From assembly GCA_016190505.1 (NCBI GenBank), contig JACPQM010000052.1, positions 21,027-85,026 on the forward strand: a stretch of 64,000 nt of DNA, written 5' to 3'. The DNA comes from Chloroflexota bacterium. Lineage in GTDB: Bacteria; Chloroflexota; Dehalococcoidia; JACPQK01. The translations under genes were made by a program, and so were the position numbers. Below are positions 1 through 10,366 of this stretch, one piece after another (within the stretch, counting starts at the first letter, position 1; the number at the start of each line of letters is the position of its first letter). Under the pieces are notes generated by a model, which saw nothing but the letters and a program-made list of their open reading frames with translations, did no database searches and was not told where the DNA came from.

Positions 1-633
1 GGTCTCTGTGTTGATTTCTAAACCGCCCACGACGCGACGCCAAAGGTCGCGACCGGAGCCGATTCTCTTGAACCAGTTGATTGAGCCATGAAGTTTCACA
101 ATCTTGACCTGACGGTCACCCTTGATGTAGGTCGCCAGGTTGGAAAAGCCGAGTGTTGGGTCGTACAGTGTAACAGCCTTCTCCAGGAAGGTGTCATAGT
201 TGAGCGTCAAGAATAAGACTTGATGCTGGACTTCCGAAAGCAGTCCACCCAGCAGTTGGATGTAGGTCCCAGGGTAGTCCGTGTATTCGGCGACGACCTT
301 GAACAGCAAGTCTCTTAGATAAGGAGGCACGAATCTAAAGTGTTCCCTGAGTCGAGGATCAGCGTGCTGAGAGAACCTCCGCAATTCACGTTCCAGGATG
401 AATCCGTCCTTCCGGAGGCTCGGCTGCAACCGTGCCGCTATGACTTCGGCTCCTGGGTATTCTCGAAGGATACCGTAGAATGCAGGGTGCTCGTGGATGT
501 TAAACAAATCACGCGCCAAAGGAGGCTTCAGCTGTTCACGTCTCGGGGAGCTCCCATTCCACACATCAGATGAGGCTCCGGCCCCCAGTACCACGCACGC
601 TTTGGGCAGCTTGGCGACTTCCAAAACAGACAC
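1..633 (-). CDS. SIR2-like (SIR2_2 family) NAD-binding/NADase domain protein, 3'-partial (runs off the left edge; absent from the ORF track)
   Basis: Hand translation from GTG at 633 stays open to position 1. It shows the SIR2-like motifs VVLGAGAS, FLTLNYDTFLEKA and VKLHGSINWF. Confidence 0.8.
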   Translation of the reverse strand, partial: MSVLEVAKLPKACVVLGAGASSDVWNGSSPRREQLKPPLARDLFNIHEHPAFYGILREYPGAEVIAARLQPSLRKDGFILERELRRFSQHADPRLREHFRFVPPYLRDLLFKVVAEYTDYPGTYIQLLGGLLSEVQHQVLFLTLNYDTFLEKAVTLYDPTLGFSNLATYIKGDRQVKIVKLHGSINWFKRIGSGRDLWRRVVGGLEINTET

Positions 634-775
634 ATTCTATCAGAGGAATATCCTTGTGAACCAGAAAGCCCAAGCGTTCGGTCCCCAAATGCCCTATTAT
701 TGCTGATTGGCAACACGGTCTCCGTTCGTACTGGAGATGGCCGCATTCCGCTATTGCCTCGTCAGCGGGAATCAG

Positions 776-2773
776 CTACGTGCTCCTGGCTTCCTCAAGC
801 TGCTGGCTGATCCTCTCCGCCTCCACGGACAAACGCTCCCACTCATTGAAAAGGAGGTCTATTTCTGCTTTCAAGAGGCGGTATTTCTCGCTGGAGGCAA
901 CCACTTGAGCAGCATCACCATACTGGTCCGGATTAGAGAACAGCCTCTCCATTTCCGCTAGCTGTGACTCATGAGCCGGAAGCGCAACATCTATTTCAGC
1001 GATCCGCTTTGCGAGCTTTCGGCTCTCACGAATGAGCGTCTTCCGACGCTCCTCCTCTCCTCGGAGCGACTGTCGAGAGTCTTCCCCTAGAGGCCTGTTG
1101 CCCCTGGGGCCGTCCCTCGGAGTCTTGTCACCGTTCTTCGGAGCTTGAGCCAGTGCCGCCAACTGTTTTGCTTTCGTTTCCTTCCGGTACAAATAGCTGT
1201 CATAATCGCCCAGGAAGACCTCGGGTTCGCCGCACTCTATCTCTATGATCTTGTTAGCAACCTGCCTTATCAGGGTACGGTCATGGGTTATCAGGCAAAT
1301 CGTGCCCTGATAGTTGTTAAGAGCGTCGGCCAGGATCTCCCGTGAAGCCATATCCAAATGGTTGGTCGGTTCGTCCATCAGCAGCAGGTTGCTCGGCTGG
1401 AACAGTATCTTGGCCAGCGCCACGCGAGCCTTCTCTCCGCCGGACAGGACCGATATTGGCTTGTGGACATCATCACCGCTGAACATGAAGCCGCCCAGGA
1501 TTCGCCTCAGGTCCTGCTCAGGCTCTTCAGGATTCGCCTGATGCACCTCCTCGATGATCGTGTTGTTGGAGTTGAGAAGCTCAAGAACATATTGAGCGTA
1601 ATAGGCCATCACCACATTGTGGCCCAACACGCGTTCACCCTCTTCAAAGGGCAGGACTCCGGCGCAGATTTTGAGCATTGTTGTCTTGCCGGAGCCGTTG
1701 GGGCCGACCAGAGCGACCCTATCCCCACGGCTCAGCACCAGATTCAGATCGTGGTATACAGTGTGCGTACCGTATGACTTCCCGACGTGTTTCAGCGCTA
1801 TGACCTCCTCGCCACTCCGTGGCGGCTTCGGGAAGGAAAAGTGAATCCTCTTTGTGGCTCTCGGCAGCACAATCTTCTGCACCTTTTCAAGCTGCTTTAT
1901 CCGGCTTTGCACCTGGCCCGCCTTCGTGGCCTTAGCCCGAAAGCGCTCGACGAATCGCATCTGTTTCTGGAGAGCCCGCTCTTGCCGCATTGCTGCGCCC
2001 TGCTTGATCTCAAGCGAACGCTCTCGCGCAATCAGATAATCATCGTAGTTGCCGCGATGAAAAACGACTTCACCTGGCTCGATAGACAGGACTTTGCTGA
2101 CAACGTGATTCAGAAAGGTCCGGTCATGGGAGGTGACAATGACCCCTCCCCGAAACGCAGCGAGGTACTTTTCGAACCAGATACAGGCTTCAAGGTCCAG
2201 GTGATTCGTCGGCTCGTCCAGGAGCAGCATGTCGGGCCTCATGAACAGAAGCCTGGCCAGTGCGGCGCGCATCAGCCATCCACCGCTGAATTCACTCAAC
2301 GGACGGTTGAAGCCATCCTGCTTGAATCCCAGTCCCGAAAGGATGACCTTTGCCTCGTGTTCCGGATTGTAGCCGCCGGCTGCTTCCAGCGCGGTGTGCA
2401 ATTCGCCAAGCTCACGCAGTAGTCGGTCGCAGTTGCCGGTGCCCGTCTCTGCTGCCAACGCTTCCTCGGTTGTGGCGATCCGGTGCTCCAGTTCCATCTT
2501 CGTTGAGGAGCCATTCATCACTTCCTGAAGCAACGGCCTCTCGGAAGACGGGCGGATGTCCTGTTTCAAGTAGCCAATGGAGATATTGTTCTGTTTGGAC
2601 ATCTGGCCCGAGTCAGGAGCGGATTCACCTGCAAGGATATCCAACAAGGTCGTTTTCCCAGAGCCGTTCGCGCCAATCAATGCGATACGGTCCCTGACAT
2701 CTACATTGAAGCTAAGACCCTCGAACAGGACCCGGTCTGCATAGGTCTTGCTGATATTCGATACGCTTAGCAT
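776..2773 (-). CDS. ABC-F family ATP-binding protein (Uup/YheS/YdiF-like)
   Basis: Two ABC domains ([18 protein letters not shown]; FSGGW and LSGGE signatures; [11 protein letters not shown] twice), a linker and a C-terminal coiled coil, with no TM segments. Confidence 0.95.
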   Translation of the reverse strand: MLSVSNISKTYADRVLFEGLSFNVDVRDRIALIGANGSGKTTLLDILAGESAPDSGQMSKQNNISIGYLKQDIRPSSERPLLQEVMNGSSTKMELEHRIATTEEALAAETGTGNCDRLLRELGELHTALEAAGGYNPEHEAKVILSGLGFKQDGFNRPLSEFSGGWLMRAALARLLFMRPDMLLLDEPTNHLDLEACIWFEKYLAAFRGGVIVTSHDRTFLNHVVSKVLSIEPGEVVFHRGNYDDYLIARERSLEIKQGAAMRQERALQKQMRFVERFRAKATKAGQVQSRIKQLEKVQKIVLPRATKRIHFSFPKPPRSGEEVIALKHVGKSYGTHTVYHDLNLVLSRGDRVALVGPNGSGKTTMLKICAGVLPFEEGERVLGHNVVMAYYAQYVLELLNSNNTIIEEVHQANPEEPEQDLRRILGGFMFSGDDVHKPISVLSGGEKARVALAKILFQPSNLLLMDEPTNHLDMASREILADALNNYQGTICLITHDRTLIRQVANKIIEIECGEPEVFLGDYDSYLYRKETKAKQLAALAQAPKNGDKTPRDGPRGNRPLGEDSRQSLRGEEERRKTLIRESRKLAKRIAEIDVALPAHESQLAEMERLFSNPDQYGDAAQVVASSEKYRLLKAEIDLLFNEWERLSVEAERISQQLEEARST

Positions 2774-3050
2774 TTCACCTCACGCTACCAGTCATTATAC
2801 CTTCTGTGGGCACACCCATGGGGCAGGTGCGTATCTGTCCACCTCGCTCGCAATCGGCTTGTTGCCGGCAGCCCGTCCCTGATAGGAAGAGTCTCCTTCG
2901 TGGACCCGTGGCATTTCTCCACACAGAAGCCGATGGGCTGCGGGATGTCCGACCGGTGAAGTGGTAAACTGGTTACGTGTTGGTTCATCAGATAGAGGTT
3001 ATTGGACTCCATCACCGCCATATGTTGAGGGGACTGGTGACGTGGGCAAC

Positions 3051-3302
3051 ATGAACGGTACAAGTCGGGTGACTATCCGGCCAGGCTCTCGCGTCTCAAT
3101 CGTATTGAAGGAAGACCAGCGGTCTGGAAAACTTACCACAGGAGTCGTCAGAGAGATTCTGACGAAATCTCCAGATCATCCCCACGGCATCAAAGTGCGC
3201 CTGGAAAGCGGTCAAGTGGGGCGAGTCAAAGCGTTGATTGATTGGGTGGTGTTCAAACCTTCCACGGCTGTCAAGCCGGATTCGACGTCGGATGTTTCCT
3301 GA
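3051..3302 (+). CDS. YwbE family (DUF2196) small protein
   Basis: MNG...IVLKEDQRSGKLTTGVVREILTKSPDHPHGIKVRLESGQVGRV matches the YwbE pattern. Start trimmed to the ATG at 3051. Confidence 0.85.
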   Translation: MNGTSRVTIRPGSRVSIVLKEDQRSGKLTTGVVREILTKSPDHPHGIKVRLESGQVGRVKALIDWVVFKPSTAVKPDSTSDVS

Positions 3303-3355
3303 GGGGGCTGTTCGCGCGAACACTCGTCATCTCGGGGCAAAGAAAGGCTTCATGA

Positions 3356-3808
3356 TTGTCTGAAATCATGGTAGACGCGGATGGCTGTCCAGTTAAGCAG
3401 GAAATCTACCGTGTGGCCAGGCGCTATGCGCTCAAGGCAACCTTAGTGGCGAACTCGGGAATGCAGATACCGGACGAGGACTGGCTCAAGCTGGTAATCG
3501 TGAGTGGCCAATTCGATGCCGCGGACGACTGGATCGTTGAGCATGTCGCCGCGAACGACATCGTGATCTCCGGGGACATCCCCCTGGCTTCACGTTGCCT
3601 GGCAAAGGGAGCCCGTGCGCTCGATTTCAAGGGGCGTATCTTTACCGAGGACTCCATCGGCGACGCTCTCGCCACTCGGGATATCCTTTCCCACCTTCGT
3701 GCATCCGGGGTCATGACTGGAGGCCCGGCTCCCTTCGCCAAACAAGACCGCTCCCGCTTTCTACAGAGGCTTGATGGGATCATACAGGCTATCCGCAACG
3801 GAAAGTAG
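3356..3808 (+). CDS. YaiI/YqxD family (DUF188, UPF0178) PIN-like protein
   Basis: VDADGCPVK, DAADDWIV and DIPLA motifs; 150 aa. Confidence 0.9.
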   Translation: MSEIMVDADGCPVKQEIYRVARRYALKATLVANSGMQIPDEDWLKLVIVSGQFDAADDWIVEHVAANDIVISGDIPLASRCLAKGARALDFKGRIFTEDSIGDALATRDILSHLRASGVMTGGPAPFAKQDRSRFLQRLDGIIQAIRNGK

Positions 3809-3855
3809 GCGCGCCAACCTCGTTTCCGTTTGAGCGACGGCCCTTGGTACTCGAT

Positions 3856-5994
3856 CTAAGAAAGATTCTTCATGGATAGGGAAATGCGGCCGCGTTTCGT
3901 ATCTACTGCCAGCACAGTCACCGTCACCTTCTGGTTGACTTTGATCACATCTGCGGGGTCCTTGACAAAACGGTCAGCCAATTCACTGATGTGCACAAGC
4001 CCATCATGATGGACGCCTACATCAACAAAAGCCCCAAAGTTGGTCACGTTCGTTACGATACCGGCCAGCTTCATCCCCGGTGCAAGCTGGCCGATCGTCC
4101 TGATATCGTCCGCAAAAGCCACCGCTTCAAATCGTTCCCGCGGGTCACGACCCGGCCTGGCAAGCTCTGCCATGATGTCCTTTAAGGTGGGCAGTCCACA
4201 ATCCTCACCTACATAAGATTCAAGGCGAATCTGACCGCGTCGTTCCCCCCGATGCATGAGATCTGACACGTCACACCGCAGGTCTTTTGCCATGCGTTCG
4301 ACGATGTGGTAGCTCTCGGGATGCACGGCACTGGCATCAAGAGGGTTATCGGCATCGTCTATGCGCAGGAACCCCGCGGCAAGTTCAAATGCCTTCGGAC
4401 CAAGGCGGGGTACTTTCTTGAGTTCCTGGCGGCTGCGAAATGGGCCGTGCGCGTTTCGATAGGCAATAATGTTCCTTGCTAGGGTGGGACCCAATCCAGA
4501 GACATAGGTCAGAAGCTGCCGGCTGGCCGTATTCACCTTCACACCAACCTCGTTTACACAGCTTGTTACTACCTCATCAAGCTTGTCCCGAAGTCTTACC
4601 TGGTCAACATCGTGCTGATATTGCCCCACACCTATGGACCTGGGTTCAATCTTCACCAGCTCCGCAAGAGGGTCCATAAGCCGCCGTCCGATTGATATCG
4701 CACCACGCACGGTGACATCCTGCTCAGGAAACTCTTCACGGGCCACTTCGGATGCCGAGTAGATAGACGCGCCGCTCTCGTTCACCATAACGACAGGAAT
4801 CTTGTCGGGCAAGCCAAGCCCGCGTACGAACTCTTCCGCCTCGCGGCCCGCGGTGCCATTCCCAATGGCAATGGCTTGAACGCCAAATCGCTCCACCAGA
4901 CTGCGAACAGTCATTGCTGAGTCATGTGCCATGGTCGCAGACTGACCAGGGTAGACCGTAACACTGTCTAAAAGCCTACCCTGTGGGTCCAGGCAGACCA
5001 CTTTACAGCCGGTGCGGTATCCAGGGTCAATGGCCAGGATCGTCTTGGGGCCCATGGGCGCCGACATCAAGGTTTCGCGGAGATTGCGGGCGAAGACGTG
5101 GAGTGCTTCCTCATCGGCGCGCTTTTTGGCCTGGGTCCGAGTATCCGTCTCAATAGACGGCCCCAACAACCTTTGATAGCTGTCATCCATGGCTAGAGCC
5201 ACCTGTGCTGAGGCGAAGCCATTACCTTTGATGAAACGCCGGTGCAGTTGTGCCAACGCCTTATCGCGAGGGGGCCGGATGGTCACTTTCAAATAGTTCT
5301 CATTCTCGCCGCGCAACATGGCGAGCACACGGTGGCCGGGCGCTCTGCCAACCGGTTCCTGCCAGTCGAAGTAGTTGCTGTACTTGATACCTTCGCTTTC
5401 TTCGCCCTTAACCACCGTTGACTGAAGGATGCCTTCTCGCTCGAAAAGCTCACGCATAGGACGTCGAGCTTCGGCATCTTCGTTGATCCATTCGGCGATA
5501 ATATCGCGCGCCCCGGCAAGGGCCTCTTCGACAGAACTTACACCTCTTTCCGTACACACAAACGATTCGGCTTCTCGCATGGGGTCGTGGTTTGATTGCT
5601 GAAGAAACAGCGCCTTGGCCAGCGGCTCAAGACCTTTCTCTTTGGCGATTGTGGACCGAGTGCGCCGCTTGGGCCGGTAGGTTAAGTAAACGTCTTCCAG
5701 CGCAGACATTGTGGTGGCTGATTCAACGAATTCACACAACTCGTTCGTCAGCACGCCCTGTTCTTCAAGGGACTTCAGTATGGCCTGTCGCCGAGCATCG
5801 AGGGCCGCCAGCCGCGCCAATCTGTCCCGTATTTCGCCAATCACCACCTCGTCAAGCGAACCTGTCCTCTCCTTGCGATAGCGTGCGATGAACGGAACAG
5901 TGGCTCCTGCCTCAATCAGAGACTGCACTGCTTTTACCTGCTGCGGTGTGATCCTCAGCTCTTCAGCTATTTGCGTGCAAGTGGTTTCTACCAT
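3856..5994 (-). CDS. tex: Tex family RNA-binding transcriptional accessory protein
   Basis: TVPFIARYRKE, AIDPGYRTGCK, SIGVGQYQHDV, HhH repeats and a C-terminal S1 domain (FGAFVDVGVHHDGLVHIS). Confidence 0.95.
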   Translation of the reverse strand: MVETTCTQIAEELRITPQQVKAVQSLIEAGATVPFIARYRKERTGSLDEVVIGEIRDRLARLAALDARRQAILKSLEEQGVLTNELCEFVESATTMSALEDVYLTYRPKRRTRSTIAKEKGLEPLAKALFLQQSNHDPMREAESFVCTERGVSSVEEALAGARDIIAEWINEDAEARRPMRELFEREGILQSTVVKGEESEGIKYSNYFDWQEPVGRAPGHRVLAMLRGENENYLKVTIRPPRDKALAQLHRRFIKGNGFASAQVALAMDDSYQRLLGPSIETDTRTQAKKRADEEALHVFARNLRETLMSAPMGPKTILAIDPGYRTGCKVVCLDPQGRLLDSVTVYPGQSATMAHDSAMTVRSLVERFGVQAIAIGNGTAGREAEEFVRGLGLPDKIPVVMVNESGASIYSASEVAREEFPEQDVTVRGAISIGRRLMDPLAELVKIEPRSIGVGQYQHDVDQVRLRDKLDEVVTSCVNEVGVKVNTASRQLLTYVSGLGPTLARNIIAYRNAHGPFRSRQELKKVPRLGPKAFELAAGFLRIDDADNPLDASAVHPESYHIVERMAKDLRCDVSDLMHRGERRGQIRLESYVGEDCGLPTLKDIMAELARPGRDPRERFEAVAFADDIRTIGQLAPGMKLAGIVTNVTNFGAFVDVGVHHDGLVHISELADRFVKDPADVIKVNQKVTVTVLAVDTKRGRISLSMKNLS

Positions 5995-6021
5995 TCCGGT
6001 CTAGCTCCAATCTCGTCCTGC

Positions 6022-6276
6022 CTAGAATCTGAAATGTACGAAAACCCTACCGGAATTCTTATCGTCCTTCTCCAATCGGTGGTAAAGCCGTCTTATCTCC
6101 GGCTGAGCCAGAAATCGCAACACGCGCTTCTTCAGTTGTCCCGACCCCTTACCAGGTATGATTTCCACTAACGTGACCTTCATCCGCACGGCTTCTGCAA
6201 TAACCCGGTTGAGCTCGGCGTCGATTGCCGTGCCCTTGTCAAAGATGTCATGCAAGTCCAATACAATCTTTGCCAC
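6022..6276 (-). CDS. Stand-alone Smr/MutS2 domain protein
   Basis: LDLH at the N-terminus and VEIIPGKGSGQLK; 84 aa. Confidence 0.85.
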   Translation of the reverse strand: MAKIVLDLHDIFDKGTAIDAELNRVIAEAVRMKVTLVEIIPGKGSGQLKKRVLRFLAQPEIRRLYHRLEKDDKNSGRVFVHFRF

Positions 6277-6383
6277 AGGCTGATGTTCCTTTGCAGGTAT
6301 GTTCTATGCGCTGGCCGGAGAGGGCCACTGACCACGGCTGCCAACCTATCGCCGAAGCCTCAGGGCATGTCCCAAGTGCTCCC

Positions 6384-6560
6384 CTACTTCTTGCGGTAGA
6401 CGTTTAGGCCCACCACTTCCGCACGCTCAGGCAAGGGGAGATTCCCCTCGGTAGAAGCGATGATGATGGTCTTGCCAGAAGATGACGGCCCAAACTCCTT
6501 GGTCAGGTCCACCGTGATGGTCAGGGTGTTGCCTTTAACTGAAAGCTCTACATTCTTCAC
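6384..6560 (-). CDS. Small hypothetical protein, 58 aa (below the ORF-track cutoff)
   Basis: GGAGG RBS then GTG. Translation: MKNVELSVKGNTLTITVDLTKEFGPSSSGKTIIIASTEGNLPLPERAEVVGLNVYRKK. I recognise the DLxKEFGxSxSGKTxIIASTEGN pattern as a conserved bacterial hypothetical. Confidence 0.75.
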   Translation of the reverse strand: MKNVELSVKGNTLTITVDLTKEFGPSSSGKTIIIASTEGNLPLPERAEVVGLNVYRKK

Positions 6561-7500
6561 ACATGACCTCCATACGTCAGGTAGTATTGCCTAGCTCGCA
6601 GCTACCCGGCGGCTTGCAGCTAGACCGTGTCTGGAAAACGTGCAAGATGTAGCCGGTAAGCCGTGGGACAACCGCGGCGTCCCGGCGACAAAACGGTCGA
6701 AACCTCATAGGGCTCGGGACCTCATGCAGCCAGAAGAACGCGTTTTGGAGTGAATCTGGCCGCGGCTATTTCGTGTTTGCCTTTTCCTTCCGGCCGGGGG
6801 TATCTTCGGCCTAACCGGCGCCTGCCCGCATTCTATAGCGCCGAGATCGGGAAAGCGAGACCTGCCCTACGGCAGGGACGCAGCACGACGACCTTGCACT
6901 GCGACCACTGGATTGGGCCGGATCGCTGTCCTGTAGAACAGTCCGGCCAAAGGGTGGTACAACCCGCTCTTTCGTCTCGCAGCCTGCTGGCCAGGAAGGC
7001 GTGGCCCTCCACCAGTTGCCCGGCACATTTCGGTGTTGTGTTCATCCGTGCCGGGTCTGCGGGAGAACCAGAGGGGACCCTGTCCCACAACAGGGCGGAT
7101 AGCCTGAACCTGGTTCCCAGGAAACCCGGGCTCGTGCCCTTTGGGAAGCCTTGCGGAGAAAAGGTGGGGCGAAGGCCGGAAGACCCTTGCCTGCAGCGCG
7201 ACCGCTTTGGGCTAGGCACGCAAGTCTGGCAGATTGACATCTATAGATGCTGTATGGTGAAATCTGGCCTGAACGAACAGGGGGCAACCTCAACGCCGTT
7301 TGAAGGCGCCGAAAGGGAAGGCGATGGCGACACATGGTTCTGTCCCGCGGACGCGCTGGTTGTGGGTTCCAGCAGGGCCGGTGTTGCCACTGCTATCAAG
7401 ATCGCTGGCCTAGCGGCCCGCGTGGTCGTGGCGCTTGAAAGTCCGTCGCTCAACGAATACATGTTCTGTCGCTGAGAAGAGATAGCGCTGGGGTACTACG

Positions 7501-9060
7501 ATGCGCAATATGGATTTCATCAATTCACACAGGCCACCGGGACTTGCCGGAAAGGGTGACCGACATCTACCACAGCTTGCTCAGGACCTTGAGCGACTGC
7601 TCTCAAGGGTGGTGAGGTCGCTTGCCTTTGAGACGCTACGCCTGCCGAACGACGGCCTTGAGGAGCTGGCAGGTGTTCTGGTCGAGTTCGGTGAAGACAT
7701 TCACAATAACATTGGCATCTGGAACAGCTTGGAGCACTACAACCTTGAGTTCTTCGGCACTCGCCTCCCCTTTGTCGTCGGACCAGACGAGAGAGATCGG
7801 AGGCCCGCCAACGAGCATCGTCTTCAGCACCTGCTCTGGGTCATGTACTCCGAGCTAAAACCCGAGTTGCTCCTTTCACCCACACATCGGGACCTGACCC
7901 ATCTGGCAATATCGGTTTCCACCTTCCTGGGGAAGCGATTTGCGGGAATCCCACGGGGCTCGGCAGTCAAGGCATTCCTTGGGCGGCCAAACACGTTCGG
8001 CTGGGATGTGAAGAGGAAGCTGGTCTGGTTAGGGACGCACTCGTATCTCTTTCGCAACGGCTTTCGGAACTATGCGGGGGCGCATGAAAAACTGCCCCTC
8101 ATCCCCTTAACCGACGACTTCGTGTGTCAACAAACTACCGCCTGGTCTGGGCTTGGTGTCATTGACATTCTGGCGGCCACGCTTGACATGTCCCCGGAAC
8201 GACGCGCCACACTGCGCGGTTGGTACGAGAGACATACCGCCCTTTATCGGGTGGCAGCCATCAAGGGCGGCACAATGGAACTGCTGAATGCCATCAGCGG
8301 CAAGACATATACCGTGCGGATGGGGGAGGGCGCCAACCCGTTCCGAGTGGGACAGGTCGTAGTGGGCAGTCTGGTACCCTGGAACGGGGAATGGTACTGG
8401 GCAGGACAGCAGTCTGCCTACGATGACATGGCTGAGGGTCAACTGCAGAGCTTGAGAACTTCCTTCCTCAAGGATTCCCCAGTGGTAGCTTACCGTTATT
8501 GCGATGACCTGGCTGAAAAGGCATGGCGAGGACTGGATACCCACCACCGCGAGTTCGCAGCCTATCACGGCGATGATCTCGCAGTGTATCCCAACGGGTT
8601 GGCCATGGCCAGCGACCTCCAAAAAGAATGGCGACTCCAATGGCAGTCTCAGCCCGCAGAGGCGGTGGCCCGGGCAATGGCAGAGCACAAGCTGCCCAAC
8701 CCGTGGCCCTCGACGTCGTTTCCTCGTGAACTCCTTGAGCACGAGGAAGGGGTTGCCGTTTACTACAACCGGGATGAAGGCCAGGAAATGATGACCGGGT
8801 TCAACGACATCTTGGCCGGACTGAAGAAAAGGGGGCAGGACCTTACCGACGACGAGGCAAGCGGCATCAGGGAATTCGTTTCCTCCGACCACATTAGCCC
8901 CGCATTCGTCAAGAGAGTCGTTCGGGAATACGGTTACGAGTCTATCGAGTCGGCATTCTTGATTCGAGGCGATCACAAGGACTATCACCTCGACTATCTG
9001 CTCAGGCGGTATAAGGGAGCCTACTACCGAAAGCGGCACCCGCGCATCGCGCTTGTCTGA
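7501..9060 (+). CDS. DUF3843-like hypothetical protein
   Basis: 519 aa ORF; the N-terminal EDIHNNIGIWNSLEHYNLEFFGTRLPF resembles DUF3843 proteins (from memory). Confidence 0.55.
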   Translation: MRNMDFINSHRPPGLAGKGDRHLPQLAQDLERLLSRVVRSLAFETLRLPNDGLEELAGVLVEFGEDIHNNIGIWNSLEHYNLEFFGTRLPFVVGPDERDRRPANEHRLQHLLWVMYSELKPELLLSPTHRDLTHLAISVSTFLGKRFAGIPRGSAVKAFLGRPNTFGWDVKRKLVWLGTHSYLFRNGFRNYAGAHEKLPLIPLTDDFVCQQTTAWSGLGVIDILAATLDMSPERRATLRGWYERHTALYRVAAIKGGTMELLNAISGKTYTVRMGEGANPFRVGQVVVGSLVPWNGEWYWAGQQSAYDDMAEGQLQSLRTSFLKDSPVVAYRYCDDLAEKAWRGLDTHHREFAAYHGDDLAVYPNGLAMASDLQKEWRLQWQSQPAEAVARAMAEHKLPNPWPSTSFPRELLEHEEGVAVYYNRDEGQEMMTGFNDILAGLKKRGQDLTDDEASGIREFVSSDHISPAFVKRVVREYGYESIESAFLIRGDHKDYHLDYLLRRYKGAYYRKRHPRIALV

Positions 9061-9197
9061 ACCTAGCTAAAGAGAGGACGCGGCGCCGTCCCCGCCTAGC
9101 TAGCCCAGTAGGGAGTCGCAGTGGCGCCTATCGCGAGCCCGCACTGGTTCACGATAGCAAGCTGGTCATCGAGTCTGCCACTGTGGAATGGTTTGGC

Positions 9198-10346
9198 TCA
9201 TTGTTCCATCGCCTGTCGGGGGGCACTGCCGGCACCGGCCAACGGCAGGGTAAGTTGCAGGCTGTCGTGATGATCTGCCCCGTCATCGTTGAGCCGCTGC
9301 CGAGGACGCAGGGCGAAGGCTTCCTCGAACGAGCGCGCGTCCAAAAACTTTTTCCTTAGCCCCTCATAAGGGGGGAAGGCGCCGCCATATCCGATAACGC
9401 GCCGGGCGCGGGCCACCATTTCGAGTTGAACGGCGGTCCACTTCGGACCGACGTGCTGGTTCTTCTTGAGTGAGTTGAGTGGCTCGAAGCGCATCGGGTA
9501 GGCGACAACGCCCCAGTCAAGCAGGTCGCGTACCTTGTCCAGGAACTCCTCCGGTGAGTCGTGAAAGTTGTACAGGACGTAGACAATCATCCTTCGCCGG
9601 TTGAATCCGGCCGCGGCGAGAGCTGGAATGGCCCTTTCCAAGGCCCTTCTCTCAGCAGGCACATCATAGGCCATGCGCACGGGGCTAATGCGCAGTCCCC
9701 GGAACTCCTGAGCTACATCCTGCGTGATCCGCCGAGCGTCGAGGCCCTGGTTGAAGTCCACCGGGAGCCCTATCTCCTTGAGCTCTGCAATAAGGTCTCG
9801 CCAGTTTGTCGCGCCTAGCAGGTTGTTGTCCCAGAGCACTACCTTCGTGTGGCCGGGGGCCACCAGGTGCCTGATAGCCTTAACCGTTATCGGCCCGTTG
9901 GACTTCTCCATTAGCGGGACCGCACAGTAAGGGCAGTGGTTGACACATCCCCGGTGGCTGAAAACGATGCTCTGGCGCCACCCGGGGATCGAAGAGTAAT
10001 AGTAATCAGGTAAGAGGTCCTCAGCATCTGCGAAAAGCCCTGAGTGCACCTCATCGGCTCCAGACCGGGCAGCGTGCTCCGGCATTAGGGTAGCATATAT
10101 CCCGCCCACGACCAACTTTGCTACGGGGAACGCCCTCTTGTAGTACGCTACAGCCTGGTGGACAGGCTGCCAGGCATAGGTGAACAGGCTGGTCACGTAC
10201 ACCTTGTCCGGCACTCGAGCAACCGGCTGGCGACCGCGCACCAGTTCAACGGTATTCCCCAGCAGCTTGTGGTATGTCGCCAGCTTCAGGAGCCCCAGTG
10301 GGGGGTAGCGGCTGTAGTAGGCCGGTTCGACTAGCAGGACATGCAA
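9198..10346 (-). CDS. Radical SAM protein with B12-binding-type N-terminal domain
   Basis: CxxxCxxC motif (RGCVNHCPYC); N-terminal YPPLGLLKLATY and VVGGIYATL; DFNQGLDAR. Confidence 0.85.
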   Translation of the reverse strand: MHVLLVEPAYYSRYPPLGLLKLATYHKLLGNTVELVRGRQPVARVPDKVYVTSLFTYAWQPVHQAVAYYKRAFPVAKLVVGGIYATLMPEHAARSGADEVHSGLFADAEDLLPDYYYSSIPGWRQSIVFSHRGCVNHCPYCAVPLMEKSNGPITVKAIRHLVAPGHTKVVLWDNNLLGATNWRDLIAELKEIGLPVDFNQGLDARRITQDVAQEFRGLRISPVRMAYDVPAERRALERAIPALAAAGFNRRRMIVYVLYNFHDSPEEFLDKVRDLLDWGVVAYPMRFEPLNSLKKNQHVGPKWTAVQLEMVARARRVIGYGGAFPPYEGLRKKFLDARSFEEAFALRPRQRLNDDGADHHDSLQLTLPLAGAGSAPRQAMEQ

Positions 10347-10366
10347 TGTGGGATTACGCCTGTTCT

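Noticed and set aside
6750-7475. 241-aa ORF from the track
   Set aside because: No coherent domain. Only the last ~40 codons (ALVVGSSRAGVATA) look like a decayed FAD-binding Rossmann start, so it is likely pseudogene debris.
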